From NCBI GenBank assembly GCA_024276465.1, contig JAJRXD010000013.1, forward strand, positions 47,390 through 111,389: a stretch of 64,000 nt of DNA, in the 5' to 3' direction. Shown piece after piece: positions 43,400 through 51,858 of this stretch. Made by a program: the position numbers and the translations under genes. Source of the stretch: Deltaproteobacteria bacterium. Lineage in GTDB: Bacteria; Desulfobacterota; WTBG01; CAIYCZ01; CAIRTM01. The stretch's first letter is position 1, and each line of letters begins with the position of its first letter. Under the pieces are notes generated by a model. The model searched no databases. It saw only the letters and a list, made by a program, of their open reading frames with translations, and was not told where the DNA came from.

Positions 43400-46300
43400 T
43401 GTTCCATTATCGCATCCATCTCCTCAAACGTAATTTCAATACCTTCTCTGTCTTTAAAGTCAAAAAGAAGGTCTTCGATATCATTCCTCATACGATTTTG
43501 TGTGTCCATATCACTATCCCAGCTAACAATACGGTTTCGTTCAATGACTTCATCTATAGCCAGCGCAACATCGGCAAGAACATCTTCGAAATCATCCCGG
43601 CCGTTATCCAATCGCCCGATGATTTCCTTAAGAGAACCAAAATAGGCCTTGGCAACATCATGGCTCTTGAGTTTTTCCGGAATTCGGTCTCCAGTACGGT
43701 TACGCACTGCGTTCATAATCTCCGTAACTTTCCTGAGATACTCATTTGCCTTAATCCGTTCTTCCCTGAAAGCCGCGATAGCAGCAATCAGGAGCTCTGA
43801 GAACCGTTTATAGAAAGCCGGGTCTTCCTGCATGCGCTCATGGATTGTTCGGGCTGTACGATGGGCAATTGTGTCGGCTTTGGCGGCCGCGTTCGGCAGT
43901 TTTTCCACTTCCCGGGCAAAGGCATCGGCATCAAAGATGTTAACCAGAGAGGTGATTTTTTCCACCTCACCGGTGCCGACATGCGTATCCAGCAGTTTTT
44001 GAATCTTAGGTTCGTATTCGCTAAAATCCACGACTTCTGCATATCGTTTCCTCACCGCCGTGCGCAGCTTGGAGAAAAACTTCAGGTCCGCCCGATAACG
44101 ACTCAACTTTTCCGGATCGGTTTCCTCTAAAAACTTTACGCTGGACAGTGCAATACCAAGCGTTTTTGAAAATGCCGATAAACGTTCATAAAACCTGGTC
44201 CGCAGCCCCACATCCGCCAGCGCCAGCTCGTAGGCTTCCTCATCCTGCTTGTTCTTGACCTCTTTAAATGTATCCCACAGGAGAGAATGCTTCTGAGGAA
44301 GTGTTGATGTCTCCACACTCACATCGGTGAGAATATTCTCAATATCTCCGGAATCAAACTCTGATAACGTGCTGTAAAGGTCCAGGGCGTGGTCGAGGTT
44401 TTCCAGGACCCCGCGATAATCGATGATATATCCGAAATCTTTGCTATTGCTCAGCCGGTTGACCCTGGCGATGGCTTGCAGCAGGGTATGGTCCTTCAGT
44501 TTCCGCATCAGGTAAAGAATGGTATTTCGGGGCGCGTCGAATCCAACGAGCAACTTATCTACCACAATAATTATTTCGGGATGTTCCGCGTTTTTGAAGG
44601 CATTGATAATCTGTTTGTTGTACTCCCGTTCGCTGCCGTATTTGCTGATGATCGTTTTCCAGAACCGATGCACGGCCAGTTTGTTTTCTTCATACAGGTC
44701 CTCTTCACCTTCCCGTTCGTCGGGACCCGAGATCAGCACTTCGCATGACACCATGGCGAATTCATCCAGATATTTTTTGTAGAGTAACGCGGCAGCCTTG
44801 TCCTGCGTCACCATTTGCCCCTTAAACCCTGTTCCTTGCCAGTTGTCACGAAAGTGCTCGCTGATATCCCAGGCAATGGCCATAACCTTCTGCGCCGCCT
44901 TGTTCAATTGGTCAGTGGTTGCGAATTTTTTTTTCAGGTCTGCAGATTGTTCATCGCTCAAGTTGGTTGTGATTCGCTCGAACCAGGCGTCGATACCATT
45001 GGAGTCTACGTGCTGTTCAACGTGTCTGCCCTCATATAAAAGGGGAACAACCGCCTTATCAGCCACCGCCCGGTCGATGGTATAGGTATCAATCAGGCCG
45101 CCGAATTTTTCGACCGTGTTTTTGTCCTTCTTCATCACCGGCGTCCCGGTGAAACCGATGTAACAGGCGTTCGGTAATACCCGACGCATTTTGGCATGGC
45201 GCGGGCCGTACTGGCCGCGATGGCCTTCATCTATCAGAACAAAAATATCGGGATCATCGTTGCGCACAACGTGCCGACCGACAGCCGCCTCAAATTTGTC
45301 GATGATCGTTGTTACAATGCGCTGTTTATTGCCTTTCAGCATCTGCGACAGGTGCTTGCCGGTTCCGGCCTGCTCAACTTCCTTGCCGCAATGGTGGAAG
45401 GTTCTGTATATCTGGTCATCAAGATCAACCCGGTCGGTCACCAGGACGATTTTGTAGTCGGTAATTTCAGGGCACAGGGCGATGGACTTGGCAAGCAGTA
45501 CCATGGTCAAGGACTTGCCGCTGCCCTGGGTGTGCCAGACCACGCCGCCCCGCCGTCTGCCGTTTTGTTCGCGATTCCCGATGCGGTCCATAATTTTTCT
45601 GACGGCAAAGTATTGCTGATACCGTGCGATCTTCTTGACACCGGCATCAAACAGAATAAAGCGATAGGTCAATTCAAGGAGCCGTTCAGGACGGCACAAT
45701 GCATAAAGTGCTCGATCCTGCTCAGTCACCTGTCTTTTAAGAGTGCCGTAAGCGGTCGGTTTTTCCCGTACCATCCACTCATTGTCAGTGAACAGCCTGT
45801 CCACCTGATTTTCAGTCAGGGGAATGTTTACCAATTCTTTCAAGGGCGGATGACCATCCGCCCCTACAGTTTCGATATTGTCTTCCCGCCATGCAGACCA
45901 GAATTTCAAAGGCGTTCCCGTAGTTGCGTATTTGGCCTCATTCTTTGACAACACCAAAAGGAGCTGAGAATAGATAAACAGATGAGGAATTTCGTCATGT
46001 TTCTGGTTGCGGATCTGCTGGGATATGGCCTGCGCAAGCGACTCCTTGATGTGCGGCGATTTACATTCGATCACGCAAAAGGGAATACCATTTACAAAGA
46101 GTACTATATCCGGTCTGCGGGTCTGGTGACTGCCGGCCCGCTCAACGGTAAATTCTTCCGTGACATGAAAGATGTTGTTGTCCGGATGTTCCCAGTCGAT
46201 ATAATGCAGGGTAAAACTCTTGATATCGCCGTCCACTGACTGCTGCAGGCTTTTGCCCAGGCACAACAGGTCATAAATTTTCTCATTGGTACGCACCAGT

Positions 46301-46563
46301 CCGTCAAAGGGAATCTCTTTGAGTGCCTGCAGGGCGCTCAGGATATTGCCCTCGGTAAACGGCAGCTCTCTTCCCTTGAATCTGACCCGGTTATTTTTCC
46401 GCAGCCAGTCAGCAAGAATTCCCTCCAGGAGTACGCCCCCCAGCCTGCCGCTCCGAAGGTCAAGAGCCTCTTTTGGTGTCAGATATTGCCATCCCAGATT
46501 CTGAAGCAGGTGCAGGGCAGGGAGCTGAGAAATGGCGTCTTCGTTTAAAACTGGCGCCCTCAT
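43366..46563 (-). CDS. hsdR: Type I restriction enzyme R subunit
   Basis: 1065 aa. HsdR N-terminal nuclease region and DEAD/DEAH helicase motifs (GSGKS, DEGHRGQ). Confidence 0.95.
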   Translation of the reverse strand: MRAPVLNEDAISQLPALHLLQNLGWQYLTPKEALDLRSGRLGGVLLEGILADWLRKNNRVRFKGRELPFTEGNILSALQALKEIPFDGLVRTNEKIYDLLCLGKSLQQSVDGDIKSFTLHYIDWEHPDNNIFHVTEEFTVERAGSHQTRRPDIVLFVNGIPFCVIECKSPHIKESLAQAISQQIRNQKHDEIPHLFIYSQLLLVLSKNEAKYATTGTPLKFWSAWREDNIETVGADGHPPLKELVNIPLTENQVDRLFTDNEWMVREKPTAYGTLKRQVTEQDRALYALCRPERLLELTYRFILFDAGVKKIARYQQYFAVRKIMDRIGNREQNGRRRGGVVWHTQGSGKSLTMVLLAKSIALCPEITDYKIVLVTDRVDLDDQIYRTFHHCGKEVEQAGTGKHLSQMLKGNKQRIVTTIIDKFEAAVGRHVVRNDDPDIFVLIDEGHRGQYGPRHAKMRRVLPNACYIGFTGTPVMKKDKNTVEKFGGLIDTYTIDRAVADKAVVPLLYEGRHVEQHVDSNGIDAWFERITTNLSDEQSADLKKKFATTDQLNKAAQKVMAIAWDISEHFRDNWQGTGFKGQMVTQDKAAALLYKKYLDEFAMVSCEVLISGPDEREGEEDLYEENKLAVHRFWKTIISKYGSEREYNKQIINAFKNAEHPEIIIVVDKLLVGFDAPRNTILYLMRKLKDHTLLQAIARVNRLSNSKDFGYIIDYRGVLENLDHALDLYSTLSEFDSGDIENILTDVSVETSTLPQKHSLLWDTFKEVKNKQDEEAYELALADVGLRTRFYERLSAFSKTLGIALSSVKFLEETDPEKLSRYRADLKFFSKLRTAVRKRYAEVVDFSEYEPKIQKLLDTHVGTGEVEKITSLVNIFDADAFAREVEKLPNAAAKADTIAHRTARTIHERMQEDPAFYKRFSELLIAAIAAFREERIKANEYLRKVTEIMNAVRNRTGDRIPEKLKSHDVAKAYFGSLKEIIGRLDNGRDDFEDVLADVALAIDEVIERNRIVSWDSDMDTQNRMRNDIEDLLFDFKDREGIEITFEEMDAIMEQCLDIARIRKP

Positions 46564-48095
46564 CGGTTTTTCTCCTGTTCAAGTAGTTGCTGTCCCTTTA
46601 TCGTCAGCCGATATTTCTGCTTGCTGCTTGTTGGCTTGTCAGGAATGGTCATTTCAATAAACGCAGCCTCGATAAGATGATTCAATACTTGCTGCCTGAA
46701 CTTGGTGCGATCTTTTCGTCCTGTAATGGACATAAGCTCAAGCAATGTACTTTCCCCCTTGCATTTATTGAGTATTTCAACTTGGTGCCGACTTAGTGCC
46801 GACTTAGTGCCAACTTGTGTATCCTGCAGCCATTTCAGAGATTCAGCAAAAACAGGATGGATAAATAATTCTACCAGAAAATAAGTCCTTTCGTCATCCG
46901 TATGGAATATAGGCGCAGGAGAACCATTGTCCCTAATCGCCCTTAACATTTTTGGAATGCCGGTTCCTCGCCCCTCGGTCATTTCAAGCTCCTTGAGGAA
47001 CTCCCCGACCCGGCGGTTACGGTATCGACGGGACAGAAAACGGAATTCTTGCATGTCTTTTTTCCGGATGGATCGGTCAGGCCCAGGAAAGCTGGAAATG
47101 GTTATACGATCCGGCAAAATGCGCACCTCCATAGGCTCCCTGATTTCATAAGAACGGTGATACACAGCGTTACAGAGGGCTTCTTCAATGGCGGCAAACG
47201 GATAGTTGAAAAAACGGTCGGCTTCTGCACGGTCAGGGTGCTTGATGATCTTTTCCTCTATCACCGTCGAGCGGATATGAGCAAGTGCATCCTGCAACAT
47301 AACGTGGAGCGGCCCAGTGAAAATCTTTTCAGTGAAAAAGTCCGCCCCGGGACCTTCAGGAAAATGCACTACATCAATCTGTGTTTGAGGGAAAAATTTG
47401 GAGGGATTGTTGTTAAAGAACATGAGGCCGACATTCCTGGGCCACACTGCTTCGTCAGGCCCGTCAGCAATGTTTATCCGGCGGCAAAGCTGGACAAAAT
47501 TCATTTTTGCCGCTTCGGGAAAAAGATCGCTTTTGACCTGCTTCAGATAGGCACGCATCAGTCCCAGATCCAAATCGTCAAAAATGGCAGCCTGGTTCAT
47601 GCGGTCGTCAAAGGGAACAGTGGCAGCAAGGCTCATTAATTCCACTTCATCCTGATGCCTGGCTCGAACAGTAACTGACCCCTTACGAATATAGTAGGCA
47701 AATTCCCTCTTGCCCTTTGCCAGAGAAACCGGGGCTTTGTAGGGCCTGGTCTGACCTCCTATGGCCCAGAGCACCAGGATGTGTTTTTCGCCAATTTTAC
47801 ATGGAGCTATAATCGGGTGATAATAAGGCACCATCCGGTAGCCAAACTCCACGATTTCTTTCTGGATGGCGTCAAGTTCCCCGGCTGGCATCCCTTGTGG
47901 CGGCAAAACAGGCCGGCCATTATCTTCTTCCACTCCGATGATGATGTATCCACCGCCAAGGTTATGAAAATCATTGGCAAAAGCACACATGGTGTGCAGC
48001 ACCTTTTCCGGGTTCCAGCCGGCCTTGAACTCCAGCCGTTCCCATTCCACGGTCCGGGCGGTGAGAAGGTCGTTTATGTTAATTGGGAGGTTCAT
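46560..48095 (-). CDS. AlbA_2 (Schlafen-like DNA-binding) and HATPase_c_4 domain ATP-binding protein
   Basis: N-terminal AlbA_2-type domain (EFKAGWNPEKVLHTMCAFANDFHNLGGGYIIIGV). Probable start MNLPININ at 48095; the ORF track starts at a GTG at 48131. Confidence 0.65.
   Translation of the reverse strand: MNLPININDLLTARTVEWERLEFKAGWNPEKVLHTMCAFANDFHNLGGGYIIIGVEEDNGRPVLPPQGMPAGELDAIQKEIVEFGYRMVPYYHPIIAPCKIGEKHILVLWAIGGQTRPYKAPVSLAKGKREFAYYIRKGSVTVRARHQDEVELMSLAATVPFDDRMNQAAIFDDLDLGLMRAYLKQVKSDLFPEAAKMNFVQLCRRINIADGPDEAVWPRNVGLMFFNNNPSKFFPQTQIDVVHFPEGPGADFFTEKIFTGPLHVMLQDALAHIRSTVIEEKIIKHPDRAEADRFFNYPFAAIEEALCNAVYHRSYEIREPMEVRILPDRITISSFPGPDRSIRKKDMQEFRFLSRRYRNRRVGEFLKELEMTEGRGTGIPKMLRAIRDNGSPAPIFHTDDERTYFLVELFIHPVFAESLKWLQDTQVGTKSALSRHQVEILNKCKGESTLLELMSITGRKDRTKFRQQVLNHLIEAAFIEMTIPDKPTSSKQKYRLTIKGQQLLEQEKNR
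46785..46817. repeat. 11-bp tandem repeat, 3 copies, inside the AlbA_2 gene
   Basis: gtgccgactta gtgccgactta gtgccaacttg. Confidence 0.6.
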
Positions 48096-48105
48096 ATTTT
48101 CACCT

Positions 48106-48897
48106 TTAATTTCCGGTTTCAGGGCAGACACGCAGGTCTGCCCCTACAACGGCAGGGTTTTCCCGGTCGTGTTCCCATTTGGCCGGATTATCAATGATGT
48201 ATTGGCGAAGGCGGTTTAATTCGTTTTCATTGCGGACAATATGTTCCCAATAATTGCGTTGCCATAATTTGCCGTCAAATCGTGGCCAACCGCATTGTTT
48301 GACACCACGGATATATTCATTGGTTGTTATGGTTTTAAACCATTGAACCACCGCCCGTAGGGGCGCACCTGTGTGTGCGCCCGTTGTTTCGTGTGCGTCC
48401 GGTTCGGGTTCGCCTGGTTCCATGTGTTCGTCCGTTTTGTGGTTGTCCGAATCGTGGTTGTCCCCTATGTGTTCCCGCGGTTTTGTAGGGGCAATCCTGC
48501 GTGATTGCCCATTGTTCCGTGATCGCACATCACTAGGGCAGACACGCAGGTCTGTTTCAGGGCAGACACGCAGGTCTGCCCCTACATTGACAACAACACC
48601 GTGAAAATGATTCGGCATAACAATATATTCATCACATCGAATATCCGGGAATTTGTTTTCTAATTCCTGATACCATTTCTTCACCATCCGTCCCGGATCA
48701 TTCAATACCATTTCACCATCCACAATTTTACCAAACATACATTCCCGATTCTGTGTGCATATTGTCACAAAATATGCCCCTGATTGCGAATAATCATATC
48801 CCCGCAAACGGATAGACCGACGGTTTCGTTCCCGCCGTAGGGGCAACCCCCTGTGGTTGCCCACATCCAATTCTGTATCCGAATCCCGTTTAATCAT
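48106..48897 (-). CDS. REP-associated tyrosine transposase (RAYT, IS200/IS605 TnpA-like HUH enzyme) with REP palindromes inside the ORF
   Basis: HUH motif MPNHFHGVV and Tyr motif LWQRNYWEHIVRNE...YIIDNPAKW. The spacing between the two motifs is about 57 aa longer than canonical because of a REP-containing in-frame insert. Confidence 0.8.
   Translation of the reverse strand: MIKRDSDTELDVGNHRGLPLRRERNRRSIRLRGYDYSQSGAYFVTICTQNRECMFGKIVDGEMVLNDPGRMVKKWYQELENKFPDIRCDEYIVMPNHFHGVVVNVGADLRVCPETDLRVCPSDVRSRNNGQSRRIAPTKPREHIGDNHDSDNHKTDEHMEPGEPEPDAHETTGAHTGAPLRAVVQWFKTITTNEYIRGVKQCGWPRFDGKLWQRNYWEHIVRNENELNRLRQYIIDNPAKWEHDRENPAVVGADLRVCPETGN
48122..48147 (-). repeat. REP element (GTAG-headed palindrome) overlapping the RAYT stop
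   Basis: Minus strand reads gtaggggcagacctgcgtgtctgccc. Confidence 0.75.
48357..48382 (+). repeat. REP element variant inside the RAYT ORF
   Basis: gtaggggcgcacctgtgtgtgcgccc. Confidence 0.7.
48485..48510 (+). repeat. REP element variant inside the RAYT ORF
   Basis: gtaggggcaatcctgcgtgattgccc. Confidence 0.7.
48536..48585 (-). repeat. tandem REP pair: a truncated copy at 48536-48554 and a full copy at 48560-48585
   Basis: gggcagacacgcaggtctg tttca gggcagacacgcaggtctgcccctac. Confidence 0.75.
48837..48862 (+). repeat. REP element variant in the 5' part of the RAYT ORF
   Basis: gtaggggcaaccccctgtggttgccc. Confidence 0.7.
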
Positions 48898-49946
48898 ATT
48901 TCTACCCTGATTTCCCCTGTCAGCAGTTTCTGCATCAGGCCCTTCTTTTGTTCCAATAATTTCTCCTGTTTCTTTTTCAATAATTCAATTTCCCGGTCGC
49001 AGGTGGAAAGAGTCCCTGCTATACGTTTTTGTTCGTCTGTGGTAGGCAAGTGAACCGTGGTCTTCATCACAGCGGATGTTGTTAGACCAAACCGCGTGGC
49101 TCCATTAGCATGTGTCGTGAAATGCTTTCGTGACCGTGCGCTACCCAATTCCTTTGACAGAAAAACGGGGTTGACTTCTACGGAGTTCGGGCGGATGAGT
49201 GCGAGGTGATAACCGCATACAACATTCTCTAATTTCTCTGTGACAACTGCCGGAATGCCTATATCATCGGGTGTCTCTGAATCTTTCGTAATCATGACGT
49301 CACCCTGTCGCAGTAAGAACCTTTCAATCTCGGAAGCCGAAGCCGTTGCTGGCATGAAGTTCAGGTCAACGGTGATATAGTCATTCGCATAGACATCCAT
49401 GTAGTTGCAGAGCCTGACGGGTATTTCATCGGTATGAGTCTTCTTGTCCACGCCGCTGAAGGAAACGTGAGCGATGCTGCCAATGGGCCTCTCTTCCCAC
49501 CCCTCCGGCAGTTCGCCTCTTTTCTCAACCGGTTTGCCAAACTCAGGGAACCGCATCCGGCCGGAGAGCAGTTGCTGCATCAGCCCTTTTTTGAGTAATT
49601 CAGCGAAATCTCGATCTACGAGAGCAGGAACAGCAATGTCATCGGCTGTTTCGGAATCCTTTGTAATGAGGACGTCACCCTTTTGCAGAGAATAGCGTTC
49701 AATCTCTCGTGGCATTGCCGTAGCGGACATGAATGAGATGGCGTCTGAAATATGGGCGTTGTAGTAAACGTCCGTATAATTGCACAGGCGTACTGCCTGC
49801 TCTCCCTTATGTGATTTTTTGTCGACGTTGCTGAAACGTACATCAGCGACATCCTCAAGCCGCACACATTCCCATTCCTCCGGTATCCACCCAACTTTGG
49901 AATCCTTATATCCGAGCCTGTTTTCGTTCCGCTTGCTCATGCGCAT
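48894..49946 (-). CDS. hsdS: Type I restriction-modification specificity subunit with two similar target-recognition domains
   Basis: 350 aa. Duplicated TRD blocks (VRLCNYTDVY...ITKDSETADDIAVPALV and VRLCNYMDVY...ITKDSETPDDIGIPAVV). Conserved coiled-coil spacer regions. Confidence 0.85.
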   Translation of the reverse strand: MRMSKRNENRLGYKDSKVGWIPEEWECVRLEDVADVRFSNVDKKSHKGEQAVRLCNYTDVYYNAHISDAISFMSATAMPREIERYSLQKGDVLITKDSETADDIAVPALVDRDFAELLKKGLMQQLLSGRMRFPEFGKPVEKRGELPEGWEERPIGSIAHVSFSGVDKKTHTDEIPVRLCNYMDVYANDYITVDLNFMPATASASEIERFLLRQGDVMITKDSETPDDIGIPAVVTEKLENVVCGYHLALIRPNSVEVNPVFLSKELGSARSRKHFTTHANGATRFGLTTSAVMKTTVHLPTTDEQKRIAGTLSTCDREIELLKKKQEKLLEQKKGLMQKLLTGEIRVEI

Positions 49947-50698
49947 TTCTCCCGCTTGGCCTGTTCGCGTGCCATCTCATCGAGTTCTTTCTTCAGAGCT
50001 TTTGGGAGAAGGCTCCAGTCAAAATCTTTCATCTCGCTCTCTTTCAGGCTGTAAAGAACATTGGTGGCATCCCTGATGAATCGTTCTTTGGACTGCTGTT
50101 TCAATAAATCAAGCATGGATGCTCCGTGACATCTCCGCAGTATCTTCCCGGAACCGCAGGGACAAACGTGATGCCCCCGATATGTCCCATCGGCCATCAG
50201 TTTTAATAATGACAGCACGATCTGAACATCATCGGTGTTAAACAGGTCTTGATAGTATTCCCGGATACCATTTGCCCCATGAGAGAGTTCACCGAAAGGC
50301 ATTTCGCCATGTTTCTCAAAGTATGCATATCCATACAGGTACTCGACAACCAGCGTTTCCACAAAGGTGACAAGGCGGGGATCGGCCTTGAATCGCCTCC
50401 ATACTTCAACCGGGGCTCCAAGGCACAGAGTCCGATCACCATACTGATGGAAATTTGGTGGGATTCGACCGCCGGTCTCCTGAACCGTGGGTGGAGAATC
50501 CGGGTAGTCACGGGGCAGCATGATCAGAATAGAGAATACGTCCGTGATTGTCACTTTTTGAAACGTCGCAGAGAACGACAGCATCCCCCGAATCACCCAC
50601 CGGCAGGGGGCGTCTTCGTATAGTTTCAGCCCGGAGGAATATTTCCCTGACAATTCCTCGAACTGCTGCCGGATCAGTGCTTCTTTGCCGTTATTCAA
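49937..50698 (-). CDS. E2/UBC-like protein with C-terminal SEC-C-like zinc motif (CBASS Cap2-like, E2-only)
   Basis: HPN-like loop and catalytic Cys (IPPNFHQYGDRTLCLGAP). C-terminal HVCPCGSGKILRRCHG. 4-nt overlap with the nucleotidyltransferase gene. Confidence 0.55.
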   Translation of the reverse strand: MNNGKEALIRQQFEELSGKYSSGLKLYEDAPCRWVIRGMLSFSATFQKVTITDVFSILIMLPRDYPDSPPTVQETGGRIPPNFHQYGDRTLCLGAPVEVWRRFKADPRLVTFVETLVVEYLYGYAYFEKHGEMPFGELSHGANGIREYYQDLFNTDDVQIVLSLLKLMADGTYRGHHVCPCGSGKILRRCHGASMLDLLKQQSKERFIRDATNVLYSLKESEMKDFDWSLLPKALKKELDEMAREQAKREKCA

Positions 50699-51858
50699 GA
50701 TTCACGCCCCCACGGCTTGCTGGGCTTGGTAATACTGATACTTGGGGCTACGGCTGCAACGGCACTTACAGAGCTTGAACGAGTTGGAAAGGCCCTTGAA
50801 TCTGCCTCATTGACAATGCGGTCGCCAAACCGAGGTTTGAGGTTCTCGATCATGTCATCGAGGTCCCCAGCGCGAAGGGCGGCATCCAGATCGACACGAA
50901 CCTGTTGTATCCACTCGCGGAACTTGACTTCCAACTCTGGGTGTTTCCTCCATTTGTCGGCAAAGTTCTCGGGATGATCGGTCACATCAACCGGGTTTGC
51001 AACGAGGGCGTTACCCTGTTCATCCCGTCCAATCAGACCGGGCATCTTGTTGACGATATTCTGCAGCGCATCAAGAAGATCGGCTTCGTTGTTGTATGCA
51101 TGACCGGCAAGTGTCGTAATGATGATTGAAATAGGCCGATTACCCAAGTCGTCTTTAAACATGATGTCCCTGTGCCGCTTGAGAATCTGGATGGATCGTT
51201 GCAGCGGGGTTTTGACCTTGTATTCCGGGACATCCTCAATGCTTGCTCGAAGCGATTCGGCCAGCAACATGCGTTTGGCATCAAACTGCACGCGCGTGCG
51301 CTCCTTGAACCACTCGGCATAGCCGACGGGATTACTCCGTTGCCAATTGTATAGTTCCCGGTCGGTTATAAGAATTGCGCTTTGGGCAAGGTTCGCACCG
51401 ATCTCACGGGCTATTCCGTTGATATCGTCATCGGGAATTGCCGGCAGAATGTCCATGTGGAAACGGGCTGAGTCGGCATATTGCAGTGTCCAGCAGCGTT
51501 TGCCCTCTTTGAGCATCTTGCGATACCGTTCATTTTCCTTCAGGCGGTCCCCGACCATATCCTTAAGTTGCTTCTGGGTGACGTTTTCTTTTCTTAGAGC
51601 CTTCAATTCACAAACGAGGTCGATGTCATATTCGTCCTTATCGTTTACAGGTTTGATCATCGTGCCCAGACGAAATGAACCTTGTGGATAGATTTGGGGA
51701 TCATACTCAGCTATGGGCGAATCATCCTTATTCAGCCAGTCACCAACCGCCTCGTAATGCTTTACAGCCGCTTCGTACTGTGCATCGGAGATATCCAGTG
51801 ATTCCGCCAATTCCTGAAACAACTGCCTGAGTTCATTATGTCGTTCCTGTGTCATCAC
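50695..51858 (-). CDS. cGAS/DncV-like nucleotidyltransferase (CD-NTase)
   Basis: 387 aa. Pol-beta NTase signature QGSFRLGTMIKPVNDKDEYDIDLV (GS...DxD) and a downstream acidic residue (FHMDILP). Flanked by a patatin effector and an E2-like gene. Confidence 0.7.
   Translation of the reverse strand: MMTQERHNELRQLFQELAESLDISDAQYEAAVKHYEAVGDWLNKDDSPIAEYDPQIYPQGSFRLGTMIKPVNDKDEYDIDLVCELKALRKENVTQKQLKDMVGDRLKENERYRKMLKEGKRCWTLQYADSARFHMDILPAIPDDDINGIAREIGANLAQSAILITDRELYNWQRSNPVGYAEWFKERTRVQFDAKRMLLAESLRASIEDVPEYKVKTPLQRSIQILKRHRDIMFKDDLGNRPISIIITTLAGHAYNNEADLLDALQNIVNKMPGLIGRDEQGNALVANPVDVTDHPENFADKWRKHPELEVKFREWIQQVRVDLDAALRAGDLDDMIENLKPRFGDRIVNEADSRAFPTRSSSVSAVAAVAPSISITKPSKPWGRES

Noticed and set aside
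46785-46817. 11-bp triplicated tandem repeat, considered as a CRISPR or phase-variation tract
   Set aside because: Only three imperfect copies, not a multiple of 3, inside an ORF whose frame is maintained. No Cas genes are present. This is a minor tandem duplication.
48381-48470. GTT/CG-rich low-complexity tract inside the RAYT ORF, considered as a possible tandem or CRISPR-like repeat
   Set aside because: There is no regular repeat-spacer periodicity. The units are irregular. It is part of the REP-bearing insert.
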